A DNA stretch of 64,000 nt, taken from the human T2T-CHM13v2.0 reference genome, Homo sapiens. The position numbers and the translations under genes are program-made. The DNA is taken from the NCBI RefSeq assembly GCF_009914755.1, contig NC_060925.1. One strand, written 5' to 3'. Shown here one piece after another: positions 1 to 12,700 of this stretch; positions within the stretch are counted from its first letter, which is position 1, and the number at the start of each line of letters is the position of its first letter. The notes beneath the pieces are model-generated. The model searched no databases, was not told the DNA's origin, and saw only the letters and a program-made list of their open reading frames with translations.

Positions 1-263
<263 letters not shown>

Positions 264-444
264 TATCTGTCTTTTTACTCAAAACAACTTGGTATTCTTA
301 AAATAAAATTATAAAATCTAATGTTTTTAAGATCAAGGTAAAATATTGCTGGGGCTCAGGAAGAAAGGGAGAAGATTTGAGGCTATGTAAGATGTCTCTC
401 TGACATTTTTCATCTCATGTTTTTGAGCATGATCGCATGTCCAT

Positions 445-855
445 TTATTCATTCAACAGATATTTATTGAACATCTGCTATATGCCAGATGCCTTTCTAA
501 GGACTGGAGATAGAGTAATGGAAAAAATATTCCTGTCTTTGTGGACTTTATAGTCTGGAAAAGGAGCTAGACAATGGAAAGAAAATGGTAAAAGAAATTG
601 CTCCATTAGATAGCAATATGTGCTAAGGAAAACAAGCAAAGCAAGGCAGGGGGACTGAACTTTTAAATGTGACCAGAGAGGGCTTAATTGAGAAAGTGAC
701 TTGAAGTAAAGGCTTGAAGGAAAAAGATTCCAAGCTGGGGAAAGGGTGCTTGAGGCTAAGGAAAAAATGAATGTGGGAATCCTGGGTAAGAACACATTTG
801 GCTTGTGAAGGAACTGAAGGAGGCTGCTGTGACTGGAGTGGAGTGACCAAATCGA
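445..855 (-). mobile_element. L2 LINE 3' fragment
   Basis: Starts with the attcattcaacagatatttattga L2 3'-end signature and continues as L2-like sequence. It is cut off by the composite insertion at about 870. Confidence 0.8.
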
Positions 856-869
856 TGAGGGTTTTCGTC

Positions 870-1081
870 AATCTCTGCTCAAGCTGCTATAACAAAATAC
901 CTAAGACTGAGTGATTTATAAGTAATAGAAATTTATTTCTCACAAGTTTAGAGACTGGGAAGTCAGAGTTCAAGGTGCCAGTAGACAGATTCAGTGTCCA
1001 GTAAGGGCTCACTCTTTACTACACAGGATGGTGCCTTGTTGCTACATCGTCTCATGGCAGAAGGGCAGAGAAGACAAACTT
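870..1081 (-). repeat. Inverted partial copy of the MST-type LTR at 1518-1904
   Basis: Reverse complement of about 1677-1898 at about 90% identity. Both copies share idiosyncratic bases (aagctgct, agtaatagaa, gtcagag). Confidence 0.85.
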
Positions 1082-1262
1082 TAGAACTAAAAGGGCTTTA
1101 TAGATCATCCAGTTCAACTCCTACATTACATTTATGAGATTCATTTTTTCATGCATATATTTCTATATTCATTCACTCAACCAATATTTACTGAAGATCT
1201 ATTATGCACCAAACACTCCTTTAGGAACTTGGGGCACAGGAATAAACTAAACAGATGAAAAT
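1080..1262 (-). repeat. Inverted copy of 7678-7860 (L2 3' end + MIR tail junction)
   Basis: 8 mismatches in about 183 bp against the reverse complement of 7678-7860, with no gaps. Confidence 0.95.
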
Positions 1263-1294
1263 AAACTAAACAGATTTTCTTCTGTTTAGTTTAT
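1261..1294. repeat. Perfect 14-bp-stem hairpin ataaactaaacaga-ttttct-tctgtttagtttat
   Basis: Arms are 1261-1274 and 1281-1294. The same 14-mer also occurs at 1242-1255. Confidence 0.95.
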
Positions 1295-1517
1295 GAAGCC
1301 TATTGATTTACTTTGGTGGTGCGATCTCCATCCCCTGCAATTTACCACTCAAATCACCCTTCTTCATTCTATACATTGTAACATGAAGACAAATCACACG
1401 CAGACCAAGTTCTTGAGCTACCATGTCTCAGCAAATGTTTGGTATTTGGTAGGAATTAATGACTCACTCTGTATATACAGGGTATCCAAGATATGCAGAC
1501 TTGGGATATATGGATTT

Positions 1518-1904
1518 TGCTATGGTTTGAATATTTGTGTCCCTCCAAAATTCATGTTGAAACTTAATCCCCAGTGCAATAGTATTAAGAGATGGGGCCC
1601 TTAGGAGGTGATTAGGCCATGAGCACTCTGACCTCCTGAATGGGATTAATGCCTTTATAAAGGAGCTTGAGGGAGTAAGTTTGTCCTTTCTGCCCTTCTG
1701 CCCTTCTTCCCTTTTGCCAGGAGAAGATGTAGCAACAAGGCACCATCCTGGGTAGTAGAGTGAGCCCTCACTGGACACTGAATGTGCCTGCTGGAACCTT
1801 GATCTCTGACTTCTCAGTTTCTAAAATTGTGAAAAATAAATTTCTATTACTTACAAATTACTCAGCCTTAGGTATTTTGTTATAGCAGCTTGAGCAGACT
1901 AAGA
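1518..1904 (+). mobile_element. MaLR solo LTR (MSTC/MSTD-like)
   Basis: Termini tgctatggtttgaat...gactaaga. 5-bp TSD gattt at 1513-1517 and 1905-1909. Confidence 0.88.
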
Positions 1905-1965
1905 GATTTTAATAAGATGAAGGCTTGAATAGTTGAAATTACTTGCGATGATCTATTTCCGACCT

Positions 1966-2990
1966 ACTTGATGGATTCTCTATGGTCAATGGTATCAGTA
2001 GGCCAGTTGGGTGTCTAAAAGATTCAGTTAAATTGCAGATCCCTGAAAATTTGTGTGCGTGTGTTTTTTCCCCTTTGGGGATGCATGCTACTAAGACATG
2101 TAAAATTCTTGCCAGTTTCTGCTCATAAGCATGATTTAATCAATCTAATTGACATTGTGATATTCTGTAAAATGTAAAGATGAGTAAGACCTTTGTGTGT
2201 TAGATTGTGTCAGATAGTGACTTAGCCCTGAAGCAAGATTGTGAAGGTACATTGTTATCCCTGCTAGGTAAAAACAAATTACTTTTTTGTGGGACTTGCA
2301 ATTTGATAGGGATGAAAAGGCATTTGCCAGACCCATAGCTACATAACAGAATCCAGAGGCGATATTAATGTATCCGTTTAAATATATTATATCTGGTGCA
2401 GCTGCTGCAATTGGAATTGCCTCCTGATTAAATTTACAAGAACCCATGATCCTTTTGCCTTTTACACAGGCCAAAAAGAGAATCCTTTTGCCTATTAAAC
2501 GGACCAAAAAGGAGAATTAAATTGGACCCACCCTTCTGGAAGGCTTAGAGGACTATTCCAGAATATAATTTTGGCAGTGTTGAATGAGCCTTTGCAAAGA
2601 CTAAGAACTCTGATCTCATGAGCTTGCTTAGGGCTGAGCTGGGTGAAAAGTTGTGCTTCACCACTGTGGTGATCCATGTCAGATTTCTGCTTACTAAACC
2701 TATAAACAGCTCTTCTGATTATAATTATATTGTATATAATCATGATTTAGTAGGTTGCCTACTTGTTTTATTGAAACCTCGTGATCAGTTAGCCACTACT
2801 GACTACTTGCGGGTCAAACATGATTGCTTATTATGGTAATTATGCTTACCTTGTTTTTAGTGGTTAAATGCTGCTATTTGGCCCCTAACATTCCAGAATT
2901 CTACCATCCACTTTAAAATCAGGAAGCCCATTTCAATGGTGGCATTTCCCACTACTATCCCTAGCTTACCAAAGACAGCCACCAGCCACG
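1966..2990 (-). mobile_element. ERVL internal (pol/reverse transcriptase) remnant
   Basis: ORF 2145-2507(-) reads IPIAAAAPDII...INIASG..YVAMGLANAFSSL, resembling ERVL RT (IAAAVPDVV..INT..WYAAIDLANAFFSI). It is degenerate and its boundaries are approximate. Confidence 0.78.
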
Positions 2991-3347
2991 GGGCTCTTCC
3001 AGGAGGTTAACACACCCTCATTAATGCCTTAGTGGAGGGAGGGTACTTGGACTCTCTCAAGGAACACAGTGGGGGTGGGTGTTCAGGTTCTCTGAAGTGT
3101 TCCTATCTTTCTAAGCTTTCAGTCCTTTCTTCTGTTTTATGCCAAGGAAGTTCTGACATCTCATCACGATTGAATTGAATTGCCTTTCAGTCTACATGTC
3201 AGATAATCAGCCAGCCTGCTGGAAACCCGCACAGTTCCTTTATTCTCTGGTCAGGTAAACCGTAATAATACATTTGATTTGATCCAACATTATATTTTAT
3301 CCTTCTGGGTCTCATAGCCATAGAAACCACTCTCACATCTATTTATG

Positions 3348-3571
3348 TTCTCACCAGACTTCCATTTAAAGAATGTTTAATGCTAAAATAAATTTAGTAG
3401 ACACAATTAGGAATTTAATGGAAAAAAATTAGAAACTAGCAAGTGGGTGGCATTTTTCAATTCCTCTTCTGATTTATAAGCTTCCATCTGGTCTGTCCTT
3501 TTCTTTCCTGGACAGACTGTGAGGAAGGCAGAACTTGTCTTTGTCTCTGTCTTACTTTTCCTTTTAGGGAT
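3348..3571 (+). repeat. Direct repeat copy 1 (partner 6367-6590)
   Basis: About 224 bp at about 78% identity. The first 40 bp are identical (ttctcaccagacttccatttaaagaatgtttaatgctaaa). Confidence 0.9.
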
Positions 3572-4384
3572 TTTCCTTATGTTTTGGCCAATGTATATTT
3601 TGAAAATCTTGCTATTCTTTTGGAGTACAAACTCTCTTCCCCCAGCTATGACAGGCCACTTTTCTCTTTGGAGCAGGTTGAGATCTGACTGTCATTATAG
3701 GTCTTGAGGCAGTGAAGGTAGTGGGGAGAATAGGCACCCTTTGTGAAGGCAGCAACCTTACATGAGGTTATCACAAGATATTCAAGAAAGGGGAAGCTAC
3801 TCTTTTCAACATATTGGGGGCCGCTTCTGCTGACAAGTGAGGCACAGGGATATTAGATTGAAAATACTCAAACTTGACTGAGTCTAACAAAATGTCTTCC
3901 TCTCAAGTCTTAGGCACCTATTCCTTCCAAATAATGTCTGAACTTTCACACAGAAACTTAGTCCATCTGTAAATTCATCTTATATTGTAATCCTGCAATT
4001 CACATGATTGTATTTTGGGTTTGATTTTTAGTCATATCTGCTTTATGACTCCAGAAAATAAGAGGTTCTTAAAAGTTACCAAAGACATTTTCTGGTACTC
4101 TATGACTGATCTCAGTTCTTGTAGTTGTGCTTATTACTGTAACTGTCAAGTTCTTCAGCCACTTTGTCACTCAAAGTCTTGCCTTCAATAGACAATTCAT
4201 TCCAAGCAGCCACAGATAATAATTGAAGTCATCTTGATACAATTGCTTGCTACAGATTAACAGTATCCCATTTGCTATGAGCAAAGAGATTATAGCTATG
4301 CTCAAGTTAAAGAGGTAAATAACCTAATTACAGAATCCTATCTTTGAGGATCAGTTTCCTGGGACCATTCATGGTACCATGTAC

Positions 4385-5571
4385 TCTATCAATCAAGGTC
4401 CAGAAACCAACCATGATAGATATTTCAAAGGAGGACTTTAATTGAAGACTTGATCTATTATCTGTTGTGGTATAACCAGTTACATCAGAATTTAGTGGCT
4501 TAAGACAATAAACATTTATTATCTCACAGTTCCTGAGGTTCAAGAATCCAGGAGCAGTTTAGAGTCTCTCATCAGGTTGCAGTCAAGCTGTTGGATGGGA
4601 CTGGAGTCATCTGAAGCATTGACTAGAGATGGAGGATCTGCTTCCAAGATGGCTCACTCACATGGCTATCGGCAGGAGGCCTCAGTTTCTTGCTGGCAGT
4701 TAGCAAAAGGCCTCCAGTCTCTTGCCACATGGTCCCCTCTACAGGGCTGTTTGAGTGTCCTCATGACATAGCAGTTGACATCCCCCAAAAAGAGTGATCT
4801 AAAAGAGAGAGAGAGCAGGAGGAAGCTGTGATATCTTTTATGACCTAACTACATACCATCACTTCTATTGTATTCTACTCATTGGAAGCAAGTCACTAAG
4901 TCCAGCCCACATTCAAGGAGAGATGAATTAGGGTCCATCTGTTGGAGAGAAGAATGTCAATAATTTTGTGATATATTTTAAAACCATCACACACTGGTTT
5001 TGGGAGGCTGAAAGAGCAAAAGGGGAATGCCATTGTGAGCCCAATGTCGGTACCTGTGGTAAGTAGCTACTACTGGGGATGAATGAATAAAAGGGTGCTG
5101 GTATATCTAGGAGCTCAGGGGATCGATCTGTGTGCCAGTTCTTTGACCTCAGAGTGACAGGTATCCTGCAGCTGTTGGGGGGATCTCTAACGAGGCTGCC
5201 ATGTGGCTAGTGTTCAGACTTCTGACGGAGAGATGATATGAGGCTGGTGCTCTATGAAAAGGGCATGGTGTCACTAGTACTCTGTCACTGAAGAGGCACA
5301 GCAGGCTGGTGGTTGTGTCTCTAAGGGGTGAAGCATCATTGGTACTGTGGCTGTTTTCTGTGGTTGGAGGGAAATGTACAGGAAATGTAAATAGAAGGGA
5401 AGTTTATTCTTTCCTCCTCCTGTCTTTCAATTTTACACCAGTCCCTTTCATTGACAGAGGCTAACAGGAATCCATCTGGCAAGGGAATATTGAAAATACA
5501 GTACAAAGGAGCGGAGTATGGATGGGTCGACTTGGCACTGAGAGACAATAGGTAAACAAACTGGCACAACA
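4385..5571 (-). mobile_element. Old LTR (LTR33/LTR78-like) interrupted by an MLT1 LTR
   Basis: Motifs tcaaggtccagaaacc...gatatttcaaag and ccagtccctttcattgacagaggctaacaggaatccatctggcaaggg are typical of this class. The subfamily is uncertain. Confidence 0.55.
4462..4992 (-). mobile_element. MLT1 (F/H-like) MaLR LTR
   Basis: tttagtggcttaagacaataaacatttattatctcacagtt...aaaccatcaca. Confidence 0.8.
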
Positions 5572-6366
5572 TGATTTTCTTTTATGGGGTTTTTTTTGTA
5601 GACACCACTTTTTAAATCACCCTTTTAAATTCTTGCCATTGAACGAAGAGGGTGATCATACCTGGTTCAGATCCCTGTACTACCTCTTCCCTGTAAGTGG
5701 CTGGTCCCTGGTATGAATTGGATATTCTAGTATTTTAAAAGTACCCGAGATATGCAGATTTTTGATTGACGGATTTTAATGGGAAGAAGGCTTGAAAGTT
5801 GAAATCACTTGGTATCATCTACTTCGGACCCCCAGAGACCAATTGGCTACGTGGGAATGGAGGCTGTACATAGGTTGGATAGCTAGGAGTCTCCTTCAGG
5901 TCACTCCTAATGGTCCATTCTCTCTTTCTACCCCTCTTCCCTGTTTGCTTGGCAAATCTGATAAATATGCTCTAGTTTATAGTTGTTCTATAAGATTTGC
6001 TCCAGGCCAGAGCTGGACCAAGTGACTTCCTAAAGGTTTGCAGCTTTGGAATTGGGCAGTCTTAAATTTCTGTAAAAGAATATTGTCATCACATGAGTAG
6101 TCCAGAACCTCATTTTTCCCCAGATATGCTTTGGGCAAAGATCACCAAATGGGCAAGTTCTTCCCACTCCCTCATGTATCATCCATTCAATCCCACCTGT
6201 TTTGCACATCTTGGACAGGTTTTGTTCCCAGTCTAGACTCTTAGAGCCACCACTGGGAACTCCAAGCTGTTCTGAGATTTGGTATCCAGGGAGTGTCTGC
6301 AGCCATGTGGATAGAGCAGCTTAACTAGATTCTGCTATGTTAGCTTCTACTCATTCTCTCTTTACA

Positions 6367-6590
6367 TTCTCACCAGACTTCCATTTAAAGAATGTTTAAT
6401 GCTAAACAAAAAATTAGTAGATGCAATTGGGAATTTAGTGGGAGACATATTAGCAACTAGCAATTGGGCAGCATTTTTCAATTATCTTCTGATTTATGAG
6501 CTTTCATCTGGTCTGCCTTCCTTTTCCTGGCCAAATTGTGAGGAAGGAAGAACTTGTTTTTATCTATGTCTCACTTTACCTTTTAGGGAT
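6367..6590 (+). repeat. Direct repeat copy 2 (partner 3348-3571)
   Basis: Aligns to 3348-3571 over about 224 bp. Confidence 0.9.
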
Positions 6591-6689
6591 CTTTCTTCTT
6601 CCCTGCCTAGTGGATGCTATTTTGTACCCCACTCTGATAGTGCTTTTGTGATAGGATAACCTGATGAAATTCAAACTTCTCTGAGTATC

Positions 6690-7772
6690 CATTTCCTTAT
6701 CTGCTTATTCAACTGACTAGTCACCTCCTCTCTTTGGATATCTAATAGGTACTTAACATTTAAAATGCCCCAAATTGAGCTCCAGATTATCACCATTCCC
6801 CTAAATGTACTCTTTCCTCAGTTTTCCCATTTCAGTTGATGAAAGCACCATCCTTCCAGCTGCTCAGGCTAAAAATCCCCCACAGTTATTCTTCTAATTT
6901 TTTTTCTTTCTCTTATTTCTCATAATCAAACTGCTAGCAAATCTTATTGGCTCTACTATTAAAATATATCCAGAATCTGCCCACATCTCATCAGCTCTTA
7001 TGACTAGTTCTCTAGTCCAAACCACTGTCACCTCTCACCTTGATTTATGCAATAACCTCCTGCTGTTTTATCTGCTCCTATCCTCCCCAACTTCAGTCTA
7101 TTCTCAACATAGAAGCAGAGTGATCTTTTAAGAATGTAAGCAGAGCATGTCACTCTTCTGCTTAAAGCCTTCCAATTTCTTCCCATCTCACTCATGGTAA
7201 GCACCTGTCTTTATGTGGCTACAAGGGCTCTGTGATGATCTGGTCCCTCACTTGTCCTTTGAAAATCTTATCTCCTATTCTCTTCCCTTTTCCCCATTCT
7301 ATACTTAACTCACTGTACTCTTTTTTTTTTTTTTTTTTTTTTTACAAATCAGACAAATTCTTGATCACTGTACTTACTTTTCTCTCTGCTTAGGATATCC
7401 CTTTTGCTCAGATATTTGCACAGTTTGCTTCTTCCCCTCCTAGTCTTCTCTCAAATATCACTTTCTCAATGAGGACCTCCTTGATCACTGATATTAAAAC
7501 TGTAACCATTTCAACTTCCTTCCTAGCAAGTCTTATCCCTCTTCCCTATTACATTTTTATTCATAGCACTAATCAGCATTTGGCAAACCCAAGCAATCAG
7601 GTAAAAAACACATTTTACTTATGTATTGTTGGTTGCATGTCTCCCTCCATTACCATGTAAGCTACATGAAGGGTTGGATTTTCATCTGTTTAGTTTATTC
7701 CTGTACCCCAAGTTCCTAAAGGAGTGTTTGGTGCATAATAGGTCTTCAGTAAATATTGGTTGAATGAATGAA
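6690..7772 (+). mobile_element. L2 LINE 3' portion
   Basis: Pyrimidine-rich L2 body ending in the aaatattggttgaatgaatgaat tail. A MIR tail fragment follows to about 7866. Confidence 0.85.
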
Positions 7773-8599
7773 TATATAAATATATGCATGAAAAAATGAA
7801 GCTCATAAATGTAATGTAGGAGTTGAACTAGATGATCTATAAAGCTCTTTCAGTTCTAAATCTATGAAGGTGAGGCTCAAGGTGGGGTTCCTTCTGGGCT
7901 GTGGTAATAGGCTATATATTTAACATCTGGTAATAAACTAGAACTGAATAATCAAAACCAATGCCAGCTATAAAAAACAACCCTGGCCTTACTGATCATG
8001 TATATAAGCAAGATACCAACCCTGCTTCTACCTAGGAGTATTTGCATTTTAAAAGGATTCTCTTAAAAATTGAGAAGCCAAAGGTTATCATTTTTGAATA
8101 GAAATTTCGGCATTCTAGCATGCCAGTAGTAGGAAATATTTGACAATTCATCTCACCTGCAGAAAGTAGTTCTGTTCTGCACTCTCATAAGGTGAACCCT
8201 GATTTTATGTAAATCTCAGAGATCTAAACATACTAAAAATAGATTTTGTGTGATGTTTCTTCCCTGGGTTAGTAGAATTTTCTCTGCCTTAGTTTAGTTG
8301 TTGTTCAGCAGTTGAGTAAAAAAAAAAAAAAGAAAAAAGCAGTTTTTAGTTTTAAGTCCTTAGGAATATATTTTAGAAGGTTGACACTAAGAAGGAAGCC
8401 CCCAAGGAGCTCTCAATAGTGAAACAATTAGCCAGCAAGGCCATCTCTTATCTGTGTCAGCATTTGATAGTGGTATAATACATACTGACTTAGCCTGCTG
8501 TGGGCATTGTTATATTAGAGAAAAAATATATAAAGAAGGATTGCATTGAGAATAGTGACCAAATCTTCAGTTCACTGGCAAAGAATAAAATGACTCATC

Positions 8600-9720
8600 T
8601 ATTTATTCATTTAACAAATATCTATTGAGTACTTACCATATGCCAGACAATAATCTAGGCGTTTGTGATACGTGAAACTCCTTTTCCTGGAATAGGTTGT
8701 GTAATTCATTCAGTCAACGTTGATTAAGCACCAGATGTGTGCCAGATACTGTGCTAGGTTCTGGATATGTGAAATACAGTGATATGGTCTTTGTCATTAA
8801 GGAACTTTCTCTCCAGGAGGAGGAAAACAGGTTTTAGATATCTGGACAAAGTGCAGGAAGAGAACACAAAGGATGTTCAGTTTTGTCTCTGGAGTCTGAT
8901 AAAATAAAGAATTCCTAGGGAAAGGGGTGTCTGGAATGAGTGTTGGTAAATGAGTGGGTATTTGTTAGGATAGGAGGTTGGGGATAGGAGGTCGGCTTTT
9001 CAGACAAAGGGATCCACTAAGAGAAAAGCCAGGAAGTTATGAAACCACACAGGAGAGTCAGAGAGTTGTAAAAATTTTGAGGTCAAGACAACTGCTAGGC
9101 TAGATAATTTAGGGTCTTCTATGTCATTTTAAGAATTTTACTCTTTTCTCTATGAACTGTGAAAAACCTTTGAAGGATTTTAAGAAGGAAGGTTACATGA
9201 TCTCTCTTGGATTTTAAAGATCACTGTCACTTTGGTAGCATTTGGAAAATGACTTAGAGGAAGTGAGATGAGAGCTCAAGAGACAGTTGGGTGACTATTT
9301 CCAAGTTTAGATAAAAGGTGAATGCAGGCTGAACTCTGGTGATAAAAGGAGGAAGGAGAGGAGGATGTAGGTATAAGAAATGATAACGATATAAAATTGA
9401 AAAGGCTTAGTTAATGGGTCTGGGAGACAGAGGAAGGTAAGATAAAGGGAGGATTAAAGAATAGCTTTTTGCTTTCTGACTTTAGTAAAGGAGTAGGTGA
9501 TGGTGTCTTCAACAGAGAGAAGGAAAGATAGGAGGAGAGCAGATCTGACATTTCGGAAATGAGTTTGGCTTTGGAGTTGACTGTGTGGTCTGGTTAGAGC
9601 TCCATAGGTAGTTCACCCACATAAGTGGTCAGTAGTTAACCTCATAGGCATTGGTAAGCTCAGGTGGAAGGTGTTTATAAATCAGAAGAGTTTGGAGATC
9701 ACTGACATATGAGTGAGATG
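8600..9720 (-). mobile_element. L2 fragments (two 3' ends plus body)
   Basis: attcatttaacaaatatctattgag and attcattcagtcaac...aagcacc 3'-end motifs, then purine-rich L2 antisense body. Confidence 0.75.
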
Positions 9721-12700
9721 ATGAGAAGTCTGCTCAGATACCTTCCCTGAAGGACTTTCCAAACCTTTACACCAGAAATTGGTTCATCATCTGAAGTGAA
9801 TCTTTTTTTCAGTTGGTGTGGTTGAATCAAGGTCCAAAAAATGTAGCCAAAGAAAGGGGAGTGGTGTAAAATGATGTAAGGTGCTTCCAACCAGTCAAGT
9901 CCATGGTTAAAAGTCAGGGGAGTCTGCCTTAGCTGAAGTGATCATCTCCATATGACTTGAAGGCACGGGACAAGAGCCGACTAGGACTTGGTAGTCCTCA
10001 TTCACTTCCCTTCTTTTCTGGTTGAGACTTAAAATTCAAGCCTAAGAATTTATTCCTTAAGCTTCAGACTTTGACTACAGTTAATATCTATATTCCCTTA
10101 CTAAGTGATAGGGCTTAATATTTTGTCAATTATATATATTTTTAATAATAACCCAGTTTCCATGATTTGCCTCCAAAATAATTACTTCCATATCTGTGGC
10201 CCCATAACACTTGATTAATACCTCTGTTATGGTTCTAATCTAATGCTATTCATATTATTCTTTCCATGACATTCTCTATCAGATTATGTCTGTGAGGTCA
10301 GAGACCTCATCTTATTCATCACTGTATCAACATCAAAAATAGTAGATGTTCAATTAAATTTTTGAGTGAATTAATAATCATTATGAAAGTAGTACCTGAT
10401 TGACCCTTTAAGTTTCAAAATACTTTATCTATTTTGTAACAGTAACATGTGCATCCTCCTTAGGAAGTAAATCTCTTTATTATCCCTATTTAACACATGA
10501 GGAATATGAGCTGAGAAGATTTCATGGCTCGAACAAGGTTACACAGCCAGTAAGGGATGGAACCTGTGTTTTTTCATACCAATTCCTTCCCTTTTCACTC
10601 TGTATTGGTGAGCCTCCCCTTCGCCCACCCCATAAAAAAGGCTCTAAAAGGGGAGAAGACTAAGAGCACTGGGCCCTTCTGAGAAGCATGGAGTAAATGA
10701 GGTTTTGTCTCAGAACATGGAAGCTGGGAATAGAAGTGAAAAACTACATCCACTGCCAATTTTGTCTAGAGTAGCATTGAAAGCTAACATCTTATAGAGA
10801 CACTACTGAGCTCAGATTTCCACGGAGGACAGGTCAGCAGTAATCCTGGCATTATGTGCTCTCAGGCCTGTGACCACGACATAAATGCCAGTGAAAGAAA
10901 TCTTACAGTCAGTTTGTGAACTCCATTTGAAAATGCAGGTGTGGTTGTAAAGAGCCAGGAATACAGGGAGTTTGAGTTACAAGGGCAGATGTTAAATATG
11001 CATCTTAAGAAAGGATCATTGGGGTTTATAATAGTATTGACCGCACTCCAGTTTTATTTTCTCATTTCAAAAAAAGGCTTCTGTTGCCATAAACTCCAAG
11101 TGTACATTTAAAAAAATTCAATGTTAAAGGGAAATAAATGTTATTCATAGTGGCAGAATTCAGTAGGCTTTAATAATGGGCCAGGTAAAGTGAATTCTTG
11201 GAAAATAAGTGCTCTGAGGGTTACATGAGTCTAATTGAGGGTGGGTGCTCTACCATTTTGGGGGCAAGAGCTCTTTCACTTAGGCTCTGTGGGGTAGGGT
11301 ATAAGATGGGGTTGAACAAAAAGAAGGAAGAAGAAAGAATATAGTAAGGACAAGATTTCTGATTTCTAATATATTTATAAATTTAGCTCTCCCTCTCCCA
11401 ACCATGTAATGCCATGTCAGTTGGCTGATCCCTTTGGATTAGTCTTTCTGGCGCTCTGATATGCTGGTGTATGTTGTATACCATAGCCAAGATTGTAAGC
11501 TGCCTGTGAGTAAATGTTAATGCCTTCTTCTCTTACAAAATTCAAATAATTGGAATTTGCCACTGTGCTTCCTGGTGTTTACGTGTGCATGAGGGTCTCT
11601 GACAGGGTCTCTGAGACATCTCTATTTGCATGTGTAATAACTTGTTGTAAAATCTTTGCATTCAGTTGTTCAGCTGAATCTCCCAGGACTTTCAAAGATC
11701 TTTGGGAAAGGGAATGCCATTATGTGCAGTCATTAGCCCCATAAAAGAAGTCACCAAACAGTGTCACCTCATTTCTTCTTCCCACCACCCTTGCTTCACC
11801 TCCCTGACAATGGTTTCTAGGCACACACCTCCATTCTGTTCTTGCTTCTATTGGTTTCTCCTTCATCACTCGTCAATAAGAAACAACAACAAAACCCAGG
11901 CATTTGGCCAAATGACCTTTCCACCTGTCTTATCTTTCTGTCTGATTTCATTCTATGATGACAGAATGGAAAATCCTTGAAGGCAGGTGCTATACTTATT
12001 CATAATTTATATTCAAGACCAGGCATCTTTTAGATGTTTATTAAATTTTATATAAAAGCATTAAAAAACTTTGATGGAATGACCCTGGAAATACTTTATC
12101 TTCTCTTTTTATTTTCTTCTTCTCTTTTAGTGGCTGGTAGAAAAAGGAAAAGGTTGGGGGGTAAGTCATTTAGATGGGGAAAGACATTTCTCTAAATGTC
12201 AATACTTATGAAACACCATTTTAAACCTTTATAAATGATTATCTTCCTCAGTACTGATGAGGCAGTTTCACATTGCTGCTCAATTTATTTACTCAGGAGA
12301 CCAATTTATTTCACTACCTCTGTACTAACTGTTTGCATTGACATCTAGGTCTGCTTTGAGCAAGCAACTGTGACAAGTTGTTTATTGAACTGTAAACAGG
12401 TATTGTCTGAAGCTAAACAATGGCTTTATCTAATTAGGAGACCCTGGGCATCATCTTAGCCCCATGCGGCTATCCTAACCCAGCCTAGCATCTCCTGCAG
12501 ACTTCCCATGCCTTTTAAAATCTTGCTCACAGTAAAACCCTTCATCACAAAATGAAGAATAATCCTTATTTTGTCCTGTAACTGTACATACTGGTGTTTT
12601 GTGCAAAAAAAGGACTGACTGCAATAAACTGTGTTAAGTGCGGCCCAATTTAGAATGGTTGAATAAGAAAAGGAAAACATGAATGAGATATAAAAAGAAA

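Noticed and set aside
1241-1294. Repeat-spacer or terminator-like interpretation of the ataaactaaacaga triplet
   Set aside because: The context is mammalian and there is no regular spacing. It is fully explained as iterated copying of 7677-7698.
7310-7374. tcactgtact repeated around a T23 run, mimicking a mini-retrocopy with TSDs
   Set aside because: The intervening 21 nt and both 10-mers align colinearly with the surrounding L2, so no insertion is required.
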